NCBI GenBank assembly: GCA_001780165.1
Contig: MFFQ01000079.1
Span: 2,348 to 66,347 of the forward strand
Length of the DNA stretch: 64,000 nt
Direction of reading: 5' to 3'
Origin: Candidatus Eisenbacteria bacterium RBG_16_71_46
GTDB taxonomy: Bacteria > Eisenbacteria > RBG-16-71-46
Both the position numbers and the translations under genes were made by a program. This document shows, in pieces, positions 1-8,092 of this stretch (within the stretch, counting starts at the first letter, position 1; each line of letters starts with the position of its first letter). The notes below the pieces were generated by a model. That model did no database searches. It worked only from the letters and a program-made list of their open reading frames with translations, and was not told the origin of the DNA.

Positions 1-56
1 CCGCCGAGGAGATGCAGCGGACGTCGGTCCAGCAGCTCGCCGACATGAAGAAGTAG
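1..56 (+). CDS. 3' end of an ORF entering from the left edge (possibly the solute-binding protein of the sugar ABC transporter)
   Basis: The open frame ...AEEMQRTSVQQLADMKK ends at TAG 54-56, 7 nt before the MalF-type permease start. Only 17 aa are visible, so the function is guessed from position alone. Confidence 0.3.
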   Translation, partial: AEEMQRTSVQQLADMKK

Positions 57-63
57 CCCGCCG

Positions 64-945
64 ATGCTTCGTTCGCCGCGCTGGTTCCCCTACCAGCTGC
101 TGCTGCCCGCGATCGTGGTGATGCTCGCGGTGGTGCTGTTTCCGCTCCTCTACAACTTCTACCTCGCCTTTCGGAACATGAGCCTCTACCACTTCACGGA
201 CCACCGGTTCGTGGGGTTCGAGCAGTTCCGCACCCTGCTCACCGAGCCCGCGCTCTACGTGCTGCTCGGGAAATCGGTGGCATGGACCGTGGTCAACGTG
301 CTCTTTCACGTCGCGGTCGGGCTGTTTCTGGCGGTGGTGCTCGCCGGCCCGGTGCGGGGCCGGGCGTTCTATCGCACGCTGCTGATCCTGCCGTGGGCGA
401 TGCCGCAGTACATCTCCGCCCTCACCTGGCGGGGGATGTTCAACTACGAGTACGGCGCGGTGAATCTCATCCTCACGAGGCTCCTCCACCTGCCGGCGGT
501 GCCGTGGCTCACCGATCCGTTCTGGGCGTTCGTCGCGCCGATCATCGTGAACATCTGGCTCGGCTTCCCGTTCATGATGGTGGTGGCTCTGGGGGCGCTC
601 TCGGCGATCCCGCACGAGCTGTACGAGGCGGCCGACCTCGACGGGGCCAACGTCTGGCACAAGTTCCGCAACATCACGTGGCCGCAGATCCTGCCGGTGC
701 TCACCCCGGCGGTGCTGCTCGGCACGATCTGGACCTTCAACAACATGGTGGTCATCTGGCTGGTGTCGCGCGGCGGGCAGCCCGCGGATCAGACCCACAT
801 CATGGTGACCTACATCTACAAGGTGGCGTTCACCTACTACCGCTACTCCTACGCCGCCGCATTCTCCGTCATCGTGTTCCTGATCCTGCTCGGCTTCGTG
901 CTGCTGGTGCTGCGGCGGGCCGCCCCGCTGGAGGCGCGCTCGTGA
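64..945 (+). CDS. carbohydrate ABC transporter permease (MalF/UgpA type)
   Basis: The 293 aa ORF has multiple hydrophobic TM segments. The EAA-loop region EAADLDGANVWHKFRNITWPQILP is typical of binding-protein-dependent sugar permeases. Confidence 0.9.
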   Translation: MLRSPRWFPYQLLLPAIVVMLAVVLFPLLYNFYLAFRNMSLYHFTDHRFVGFEQFRTLLTEPALYVLLGKSVAWTVVNVLFHVAVGLFLAVVLAGPVRGRAFYRTLLILPWAMPQYISALTWRGMFNYEYGAVNLILTRLLHLPAVPWLTDPFWAFVAPIIVNIWLGFPFMMVVALGALSAIPHELYEAADLDGANVWHKFRNITWPQILPVLTPAVLLGTIWTFNNMVVIWLVSRGGQPADQTHIMVTYIYKVAFTYYRYSYAAAFSVIVFLILLGFVLLVLRRAAPLEARS

Positions 946-1787
946 CCGCTCCCCGCCGCCGGCGCCTGCGTCCGTTGACGCTCATGTCGCACGCGCTGCT
1001 CATCCTGTTCTCCTTCGCGACGCTCTATCCGATCCTCCAGATCGTCACCGTGTCGCTCCGGCCGTCCGACCAGCTCTACTCGACCTCGCTCGCGCTCGTG
1101 CCCAAGGGCGCGACGCTGCGCGCCTTCTACGTCATCCTCTTCGAGCGCGACTTCCTGGTGTGGATGCGCAACTCGCTGCTGGTGTCGTTCGCCGTGACGG
1201 TGTTCGGGGTGGCGCTGGCCTCGACCGCGGGCTACGCCTTCTCCCGCTACCGCTTCCCGGGCTGGACCGCGGGGCTCTATTCGTTCCTGCTCACCCAGCT
1301 GTTCCCGGCCACGATGCTCATGCTCCCGCTCTACGTCATGATGAAGGCGGTCGGCCTGCTCGACACCTTCACCGGCCTCGCCATCGCCTATACCGCCACC
1401 GCGCTGCCGTTCTCGGTGTGGACGATGCGCGGCTACTACGACACCATCCCCATCGAGCTGGAGCAGGCGGCGCTCATCGACGGCTGCGGGCCGTGGAGCG
1501 CGTTCACCCGCGTCACCTTCCCGCTCGCGGCTCCGGCCCTGGCGATCACCGCGCTGTTCTCGTTCATGAACGCGTGGTCCGAGTTCCTGGTGGCGCGGGT
1601 GATCGTCAACCGCCAGGCGCTCTACACCCTGCCGCTCGGACTCGAGAGCCTGGCCGGCCAGTTCCAGACCGAGTGGGCGAACTACGCCGCCGGCAGCCTG
1701 CTGGTGTGCGTGCCGGTGATGATCCTGTTCGTGGTGCTCAACCGCTGGCTGGTGTCGGGGCTGGCGCTCGGCGGCGTGAAGGGCTAA
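942..1787 (+). CDS. carbohydrate ABC transporter permease (MalG/UgpE type)
   Basis: An in-frame GTG at 942 overlaps the upstream stop (GTGA). The protein VTAPRRRRLRPLTLMSHALLILFSF... carries the EAA loop EQAALIDGCGPWSAFTRVTFPLAAP. The 5' part of track ORF 282..1787 is only an out-of-frame overlap of the previous gene. Confidence 0.9.
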   Translation: MTAPRRRRLRPLTLMSHALLILFSFATLYPILQIVTVSLRPSDQLYSTSLALVPKGATLRAFYVILFERDFLVWMRNSLLVSFAVTVFGVALASTAGYAFSRYRFPGWTAGLYSFLLTQLFPATMLMLPLYVMMKAVGLLDTFTGLAIAYTATALPFSVWTMRGYYDTIPIELEQAALIDGCGPWSAFTRVTFPLAAPALAITALFSFMNAWSEFLVARVIVNRQALYTLPLGLESLAGQFQTEWANYAAGSLLVCVPVMILFVVLNRWLVSGLALGGVKG

Positions 1788-1802
1788 CGGGCGCCCATGC
1801 GA

Positions 1803-1831
1803 GAGGGCGGGCCCCGTCGGGACCCGCCCTC
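1803..1831. terminator. GC-rich hairpin between convergent genes (candidate bidirectional terminator)
   Basis: GAGGGCGGG (1803-1811) pairs perfectly with CCCGCCCTC (1823-1831) across an 11 nt loop. It lies between the MalG-type stop (1787) and the stop of the minus-strand gene (1861). There is no clear U-tract. Confidence 0.45.
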
Positions 1832-1860
1832 GTGTGCGGAAGCGGCGAAACTCGTTTGGC

Positions 1861-2781
1861 CTACCGGTACAGGGTCTTCACCCGGCCCCAGGTGGACGGC
1901 GTGGCCGAGGTCGGAAGCCCCGGGCAGACCGTGAAGAACTGCACGCCCGGCTGCTGGCGGAAGTCCACCGAGCGCGGGTCGGCCATGTTGCAGGCGCCGG
2001 TCGCGGCACCCAGCACCTGGTTCGACACGTAATCGTGGCTGGAGCCGTTGACGAACGCCACCACGTTGACGCAGCTGGTCGGGTTGCCGATCGCCGCGAG
2101 CGGGATCGCCACCTCGAAGCCGGTCGTCACCCCCGCGCCACTGCCGGCTCCCGGCGGGCATCCGCCGCCGGCCACTCCGGCCACGGTGCTGTTGTTGATC
2201 GAGGCGAGCACGCCGAGCGAGCCGCCGCCGCTCGGGGCGTTGCCGCCCGTGAGCGCGCCGCCGCCGCCGCCGCCCGCCTGGCCCTGGCCGAGGTAGTAGC
2301 CCACGCCGCCACCGACCACGACGTAGTCCACGTACATCGCGAACGGCGCCCCGCCGCAGGTCGGGCTGATCCAGTAGTCGGCCTCGAAGCCGGTCTCGAA
2401 GATGAGCCCGTTGCCGCTTCCGTCATCGCACATGCGGAGGAAGCCGCCCTGGTTGGAATTGGTGCCGAGCAGGCGATTCTCGCCGCCGCCCTTCGAGTCG
2501 ATGAAGATCTCGAGCTTGTTGAAGTTCGATTCCAGGTTCCCGGCCAGCACCAGGTAGAGGAACCCGCCGTCGATGCCGCCGAAGGCCGCGTCCAACTCGG
2601 ACCCGTTGGCGTAGTCCACCTGGCCCAGGTTGGAATCACCGAAACCGGTGTTGGTGTCCTGGATCGCGAGCGGCGGCCCGTAGACCACCTCGGCCGTGCC
2701 GTCCACGGCCACGGCGAACGCCGACGTGGCGATCAGGGAAGCGAACACCGTTGCCAGAAGCGCGGTAGCTGACTTTCTCAC
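1861..2781 (-). CDS. secreted Gly-rich protein of unknown function with an unusual C-terminal tail ...ATPSTWGRVKTLYR
   Basis: The 306 aa ORF has the signal peptide MRKSATALLATVFASLIATSAFA. It contains the block FLYLVLAGNLESNFNKLEIFIDSKGGGENRL and a poly-Gly stretch. I recognise no family. Confidence 0.75.
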   Translation of the reverse strand: MRKSATALLATVFASLIATSAFAVAVDGTAEVVYGPPLAIQDTNTGFGDSNLGQVDYANGSELDAAFGGIDGGFLYLVLAGNLESNFNKLEIFIDSKGGGENRLLGTNSNQGGFLRMCDDGSGNGLIFETGFEADYWISPTCGGAPFAMYVDYVVVGGGVGYYLGQGQAGGGGGGALTGGNAPSGGGSLGVLASINNSTVAGVAGGGCPPGAGSGAGVTTGFEVAIPLAAIGNPTSCVNVVAFVNGSSHDYVSNQVLGAATGACNMADPRSVDFRQQPGVQFFTVCPGLPTSATPSTWGRVKTLYR

Positions 2782-3024
2782 TGTCCAACCCTCCTCTGAT
2801 GAGTAGCGCGTTGCTGCGGGTGACTCGGTGCCTCCTGCCCGAAGGGGGACCCACGAAGCCGCGTAAAGCTTAGCACCTGGTTTCGGGGCCGTCCATGCGC
2901 CCGCGCGAGCTGTCGAGCCTCTCCCGACCCGCCCTCGTGCGGCACCCGGGGCCCCCGCTGCTTCCTCTCGAGCGGGCGGGGCCCCCGGGGCCCCGTCGCC
3001 CCGGGCAGCCCCGCGCGCATCCCG

Positions 3025-5544
3025 TTACTGGGTCACCACCATGCGGCGCATCAGGCTTTCGTTGTCGCGCCTGAGCTCGTAGAAGTAGATCCCGCTGCGC
3101 ACCCGCTGCCCGGCGAGATCGCGTCCGTTCCACAGCGCCTCGTGCTGCCCCGCGGCCAGCTCGCCCTCCAGGAGCTTCGCCACGCGGCGCCCGCTGACGT
3201 CGTACACGCTGAGCGTGACGAAGCCGGACTGCTTGAGCACGAACCGGATCCTGGCGCTCGCGCCCGCAGGATTCGGGGCGTTCTGGAACAGCAGCCCGAA
3301 GCCCGGGATCGCGAGGTCTCTGGGCCCGATGTCCTCGACGCCCACCGGCTCGGTGCAGTAGTTCCACTGGCTCAGCACGCGCACCAGGGGGTTGCCGGTC
3401 GAATAGTTCACGTCATCGAGCGTGAAGCCGCGATTGCCCTCTCCCTCGCATTCGAACCCGCCGTTGGTCGGCCAGGCGTCGGACCAGTACTTGAACCCGA
3501 CGTTGAATTCGGTCGAATCCGGGAAGGTGACGGCGAGGGTGTAGACCAGATCGCCCGCCTGGGCGTCAGGCGCCACGCCGTCGTCCTTCATGATCCCGCC
3601 CGCTCCGGGGGGCGTGGCGAACGAGAGCGGCGCCCGATCGGCCATCAGCCCGACGGTGTCGGTCGGGAACGCGGACGGGTGAAGCAGCTTCGCGTCCACG
3701 CGGAAGATCACCGCGATCGCCTTGTCCGTCGTCGTACAGCGGTCGATGCCGCGCGCCGGCAGCGTGAGCGGGCCGAGCGTGCCTCCCACGATGTCGTACA
3801 ACGCGTCGTTGAGGAACACGTTGCGGTTGCCCTGGCCCAGGCACTCGATCACGCCGTTGAAGTCCACCTTCCAATCGACGTTCTTCGGCGTGCAGATCGG
3901 GAAGCGGACCACGGCCGTGTAGATCTTGTCGCCCGGTACGGCGTCCGGGGACACGCCGTTGTCGAGCATCGGTATTCCGGGCTGGGTGAAGGAGAGCGGG
4001 GCCTGGCTGCCGAGGAGCGTGATCACGTCGCTCCCGGTGGGATTGAACAGCGTGGCGTCCACCGTGAAGATGACGTCGATCGGATGCGTCGTGAAGTTCG
4101 CAGGATTGTCGTTGTTCCACGCCTCGTTGAGCACCACGCTTGCGCCGTTGTCGCTCGTCAGGTGGTAGGCCCGGTTGCTGCCGAGCGGCTCGTAGGTCGT
4201 GCACTTGTTGCTGAATTTCCACGCGAGGTCGGCCTCGCCCTTGCCCGTGCCGGCGTTCTTGGGCATGCAGAACGGCACCGTGACCGTGTAGATCGAGTCT
4301 GCGTTGGTGTCGTACATCAGCGCGTTGTCGCACAGCGTCGCGATCGTGAGCGGTATCAGGCTGCCCTCGATCGCGAACGAGTCGGTCACGGCGAACGATC
4401 CGTTGCACAGTCCGATGTGGAAGTCGCCGTTGAACGTGACCCGCTGAATGAAGAACGAGCCCACGTTGGTGGTCCCGTTGGCCACGATGGTGTTCGAGGG
4501 CGTGGCGAGGTCCTTCACGTTGGTCACGGTGATGTTGAAGAAGGAGGCGTTCGAGGTGATCGCGCTGTTCAGCGTGAGATGGACGACGTTGTGGGCCGAC
4601 ACGTCCCGGGTCGCGCCGGTGACGCTACGCGTCACCGGACCGCTGAAGGCGTAATTGCCGATGGTCTCGGCGGATGTCTGGTCCACGGGCTCGCTGAAGG
4701 TGATGTCCACCTTGTTGCTGCTCAACGAGAACGTCCGGTCACCGAGCAGCGGGAAGTCCACCGCGCAGGCGCCGGTGACCGTCGGCGGCGTGACGTCCTG
4801 GAAGCTCAGAATCGTGTAGTCGTTCATGCACGTCATCTGGACCACCGCCGTGGTGTCGAAAGTGGTCTGGCCGACGCGCGACATCTGCACGGCGTCGCTG
4901 CAGAAGGCGTCGAGCGGGCCCTTGGTGGTTCCCTCCTGGGTCACCCAGAATTCGACGCGCATCGTGGTGCCGACCCCGACCCCGAGGACCGACAACGGGA
5001 GCTTGAGCTCGCGGAAGTGGGTGCTGTCCACGATCCCGAGCCCGTTGGCGCCGGAGCCCCACGAGGGGTTCACCTGGGTCGAGGCGTTGTCCCACGCGGT
5101 GGTGCCCGCGTTCCACTTGTAGAGGATCTCGTAATTGAAGGTGTTGCAGCTCACCGGCGTGACGTCGTAGACGACGAAGTCGGGCTTGAACGGCACGTTC
5201 GTCCACCCGATCGAGCGACCGAACGGGTCGGTGGTACCTCCGCCCGCCGTCCCCACGTCGAATGCGAAGCCGAGGTTCATGTCGCAGAAACACGTGCTGT
5301 CGAACTCGACACCGACGTAGAGGAAGTTGTTGTCGTTGGTGATGTAGACGCGGCCGAGATTCATCGGCAGCGCCGCGGGCGAGCAGAAGGTCTGGGTGTC
5401 GGTGCCATCGTCGCCGAGCAGGTTGGCCGGGTTGAAGTCGCTCGGATGCCCGGTGAACGTCACGGTCTGCGACACGAAGGCGTGGGCCGCGGTCGCGCCC
5501 AGCAGCAGGGCCGATGCCAGAAGCAGGACTCGAAACGATCTCAT
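3025..5544 (-). CDS. large secreted protein with Ig-like domains and a T9SS-type/FlgD-Ig-like C-terminal domain
   Basis: The 839 aa ORF has the signal peptide MRSFRVLLLASALLLGATAAHA. The C-terminus is LFQNAPNPAGASARIRFVLKQSGFVTLSVYDVSGRRVAKLLEGELAAGQHEALWNGRDLAGQRVRSGIYFYELRR...MVVTQ, the classic Por-secretion type-A CTD pattern. The N-terminal block NNFLYVGVEFD resembles carbohydrate-binding (CBM9-like) modules. Confidence 0.85.
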   Translation of the reverse strand: MRSFRVLLLASALLLGATAAHAFVSQTVTFTGHPSDFNPANLLGDDGTDTQTFCSPAALPMNLGRVYITNDNNFLYVGVEFDSTCFCDMNLGFAFDVGTAGGGTTDPFGRSIGWTNVPFKPDFVVYDVTPVSCNTFNYEILYKWNAGTTAWDNASTQVNPSWGSGANGLGIVDSTHFRELKLPLSVLGVGVGTTMRVEFWVTQEGTTKGPLDAFCSDAVQMSRVGQTTFDTTAVVQMTCMNDYTILSFQDVTPPTVTGACAVDFPLLGDRTFSLSSNKVDITFSEPVDQTSAETIGNYAFSGPVTRSVTGATRDVSAHNVVHLTLNSAITSNASFFNITVTNVKDLATPSNTIVANGTTNVGSFFIQRVTFNGDFHIGLCNGSFAVTDSFAIEGSLIPLTIATLCDNALMYDTNADSIYTVTVPFCMPKNAGTGKGEADLAWKFSNKCTTYEPLGSNRAYHLTSDNGASVVLNEAWNNDNPANFTTHPIDVIFTVDATLFNPTGSDVITLLGSQAPLSFTQPGIPMLDNGVSPDAVPGDKIYTAVVRFPICTPKNVDWKVDFNGVIECLGQGNRNVFLNDALYDIVGGTLGPLTLPARGIDRCTTTDKAIAVIFRVDAKLLHPSAFPTDTVGLMADRAPLSFATPPGAGGIMKDDGVAPDAQAGDLVYTLAVTFPDSTEFNVGFKYWSDAWPTNGGFECEGEGNRGFTLDDVNYSTGNPLVRVLSQWNYCTEPVGVEDIGPRDLAIPGFGLLFQNAPNPAGASARIRFVLKQSGFVTLSVYDVSGRRVAKLLEGELAAGQHEALWNGRDLAGQRVRSGIYFYELRRDNESLMRRMVVTQ

Positions 5545-5840
5545 GGGAGCAAGGTCTCCTGCCGGGCCGGTGCGAGGTTATCCCTTCGATCCGCAGCCAT
5601 CCCGGGAAGGCGGGCGAACCGACCGGCATGAGCCGCCGGAGCTGCCTGGAGGGTCGAAGTGAGTTTACCGTTCCCTGGCAAGCGAGCGCAATGCCCGGCG
5701 AGCCGGCCTCGCCAAGCGGCGCGCGGCCTTCCGATTGGACCGGATCGGGTGGGCTTCTCACGCGACTTGACCTTGCATCCACGTGACGGCAAGATGCCGA
5801 ATCGTCAGGCCCTCCCAGTCCCATCTTCGGATGAACACTG

Positions 5841-7124
5841 ATGACGCCTCGCCTCGCGTGGTGGGTTAGCGCCCTCCTTCTGCTCCATCTCGCAGCGCCG
5901 GTCACCGCGAGCACCGCGCGTGACCTGTCCGGCCGCATGCGGCTCGACGGCTTCACCGACGAATACACGGCCGGCGAAGTGGTGTTCGGCCGCAACGCGG
6001 CCGCCGGCAACGTTCCCGAGGAGGCGGACGACGATTCCAAGTGGGGCACGAACAACGACATCCGGCAGCTCCGCATCACCTGGGACGCGAAACACCTCTA
6101 CCTCGCGGGCGAAGGCAACACCTGGGACAACAACATGGTGCTGCTGCTCGACACCATCAAGGGTCACGGATTGCGCACCATGCGGACCCTCAACTCCTGG
6201 CGCCGCAATTTCACCTTCGACACCACGGGCTTCGGTGCGGGTCGCGCGCAGTTCATGCCGGATCTCTTCAGTGGCACCTGGGACGGCAACGTCGCGCCGC
6301 GGTTGCTGATCGTGCTCGACTCCACCACGGTGGACGACCAGGTCCCGGGAACGCTGTTCCAGGCCGCCGCGACGTTTCTCCGCGACCAGCCGAACCGTGC
6401 GATGGAATTGGTGATCCCGTGGCGCACGGTGTTCCTCGCCTCGGCGGGGTTCGGCACGCGGGACACGGTGATGACCGTGGGCGGGGTGCGCGACACCTTC
6501 CATCTCTTCCCCCCCGGCACCAGGATCCGCGTCGCCGGAGTGGTGACCGCGGGCGGGGACGGCAGCGGCGGACCCGACGCCGCGCCCGACAACACGCGCG
6601 GCATGTCGCAGGACTCCAACGCCGAGGAGATCATCGACAACTACGCCGAGATCGACCTCGACCGCGTGGATGACACCGGCGCCGGTCGCGGCGGGCCCGA
6701 CGGCGTCGCCGACTGGGGCATCGAGCCGAAGGAGCGCGTCTCCTTCCGCTACCCGCCGCCGATCCTGGGCCTGCGGTTCAGCCTGCAAGACGCGCGGCTC
6801 GACCGCCCCGCCTTCAAGCCCGATCTCGGCGACCGCATCCGCTTCGGGTTCACGCTCGCCCCGCGCCTCGATCCGAACCTGCAGATCGACCAGATCCGCA
6901 CCGTGGACGTGACGGCCAACGTGTTCGACATGAACGGGCGGTTCGTGAGGAACCTCTACATCGGCGACACCCGTCTGGCACTGTCGCCGCTGAGCTCGGA
7001 CCGCGACGTGTGGGACGGCCGCGACGAGCGAGGGATGCTGGTGACGCCGGGGATCTACATCCTGCGGCTGGTCATCGAGCCCAACCAGAGCCGGATCACG
7101 CGGGCGATGGTGGTCGTGCGATGA
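5841..7124 (+). CDS. secreted protein with a T9SS-type/FlgD-Ig-like C-terminal domain (first gene of the outer-membrane alpha-glucan operon)
   Basis: The 427 aa ORF has the signal peptide MTPRLAWWVSALLLLHLAAPVTAS. The C-terminus is VTANVFDMNGRFVRNLYIGD...VWDGRDERGMLVTPGIYILRLVIEPNQSRITRAMVVVR. Its stop overlaps the next start (ATGA). Confidence 0.85.
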   Translation: MTPRLAWWVSALLLLHLAAPVTASTARDLSGRMRLDGFTDEYTAGEVVFGRNAAAGNVPEEADDDSKWGTNNDIRQLRITWDAKHLYLAGEGNTWDNNMVLLLDTIKGHGLRTMRTLNSWRRNFTFDTTGFGAGRAQFMPDLFSGTWDGNVAPRLLIVLDSTTVDDQVPGTLFQAAATFLRDQPNRAMELVIPWRTVFLASAGFGTRDTVMTVGGVRDTFHLFPPGTRIRVAGVVTAGGDGSGGPDAAPDNTRGMSQDSNAEEIIDNYAEIDLDRVDDTGAGRGGPDGVADWGIEPKERVSFRYPPPILGLRFSLQDARLDRPAFKPDLGDRIRFGFTLAPRLDPNLQIDQIRTVDVTANVFDMNGRFVRNLYIGDTRLALSPLSSDRDVWDGRDERGMLVTPGIYILRLVIEPNQSRITRAMVVVR

Positions 7125-8092
7125 GACGCGTGGCGAAACTCGTGCGGGCTCGGAAGCCCGCGGCGCACGTCCTCCCGGCCCTCGCCGTCGCGCTGGCGTG
7201 CGCCGGGGCCGCCACGCCCGCCCGCGCCTACTTCGAGGAGACCGCGGTGGGCGCCCGGGTGCTGGCGCTCGGATTCTCGGCGCTGGCCGACGCCCACGAT
7301 GTCTCCGCGTACTACTGGAACCCCGCCGGCCTGGCCCGCCTGCGCGGCACGGAGCTGCTGCTGGACCTCGCCAAGCCATACGGCATATCGGAGCTCAACG
7401 AGGGCACGATCGCGGTCGGCACGCAGCGCTTCGGGACCGGGTGGGCGCTGGCCTGGCACCACCTCGGCATCACCAACGCCTATGGGGAGGAGCTGTTCAG
7501 CCTGGGGGCGGGCCGCCCGCTGATGACGTTCCCCGGCGGTCACGGCCTCTCCGGCGGCGCGACCTTCAAGTACGGGCGCATCGGCTTCGTGCCCTTCGAC
7601 GACCCGGTGGACGGGTTCCCCGTGGACTACGGGCACCAGGCCAAGGGCTCCCTCGATGCCGCGATCACCTGGAGCACGCCGTGGCGCGTGGATGTCTCCT
7701 GGGTCGCGCGCGACCTGCTGCAGCCGCGCTACCAGTTCGTCGAGGGCACCGGCGGCGACCGGCTGGTCACCCGCCAGCAGCTCGCCGGGGCGTTCCGCTG
7801 GAACCGCGAGTCCACGGTCACCGCGAGCTGGAGCCAGGTGGACGGCGGGCCGATCTCGTTCAACGCCGGGATGGAGGTCACCTTCTACGACGTCTTCGCG
7901 ATCCGCTCGGGGCTCACGAACCTCGCCGTGATCTACGCGTCCACCGGCTCGCCCAACGACTTCCAGTACACCGGCGGCTTCGGCGTGTACCACAAGGGCT
8001 ACTTCATCGACGCGGCGGCGTTCACGAATCGCGACCTCGGCGCCTCCTACCGGATGACGCTACGATTCCCCGTCTTCGGCGGGTCGCGATGA
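7121..8092 (+). CDS. outer-membrane beta-barrel protein, PorV/PorQ/UPF0164-like N-terminal motif
   Basis: ATG at 7121 overlaps the upstream TGA. There is a signal peptide, followed by AYFEETAVGARVLALGFSALADAHDVSAYYWNPAGLA. This matches the G-A-R..A.G...A.AD..SA..WNPAG motif I associate with PorV/PorQ-type FadL-like barrels. The sequence shows an alternating beta-strand pattern. Confidence 0.65.
   Translation: MRRVAKLVRARKPAAHVLPALAVALACAGAATPARAYFEETAVGARVLALGFSALADAHDVSAYYWNPAGLARLRGTELLLDLAKPYGISELNEGTIAVGTQRFGTGWALAWHHLGITNAYGEELFSLGAGRPLMTFPGGHGLSGGATFKYGRIGFVPFDDPVDGFPVDYGHQAKGSLDAAITWSTPWRVDVSWVARDLLQPRYQFVEGTGGDRLVTRQQLAGAFRWNRESTVTASWSQVDGGPISFNAGMEVTFYDVFAIRSGLTNLAVIYASTGSPNDFQYTGGFGVYHKGYFIDAAAFTNRDLGASYRMTLRFPVFGGSR

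Noticed and set aside
282-941. N-terminal extensions of track ORFs that overlap the preceding gene. These are 282..1787, 7010..8092, 7198..9645, 12007..13161, 23393..24892, 24685..27651, 43316..44311, 45349..46863, 46203..47762, 48592..51012, 50145..52373, 52757..53719, 57166..59271 and 58902..59831.
   Set aside because: In each case the recognisable protein begins at an internal ATG or GTG. That start often forms an ATGA/GTGA overlap with the upstream stop or follows a GGAGG RBS. The upstream portion is low-complexity and out of frame with a real gene.
2921-3024. The GGGGCCCC-C-GGGGCCCC palindromic tract downstream of the 839-aa gene, considered as a possible terminator or repeat element.
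   Set aside because: Only a 6-bp stem can be drawn and there is no U-tract. A related motif (GACCCGCCCTCGTG) also occurs at 1822-1835, but two copies are not enough to call a REP-like family.
3142-5631. Very long ORFs antisense to, or out of frame with, clear genes. Examples are 3142..5631(+), 5805..7379(-), 9586..12219(-), 13952..15610(-), 29972..32068(+), 33394..36225(-), 33450..36311(+), 54869..57355(-) and 59555..61984(+).
   Set aside because: These are typical high-GC shadow ORFs. Their translations are dominated by Arg/Ala/Gly/Pro/His runs with no motifs. Each lies opposite a gene with strong family signatures and a proper signal peptide or RBS.
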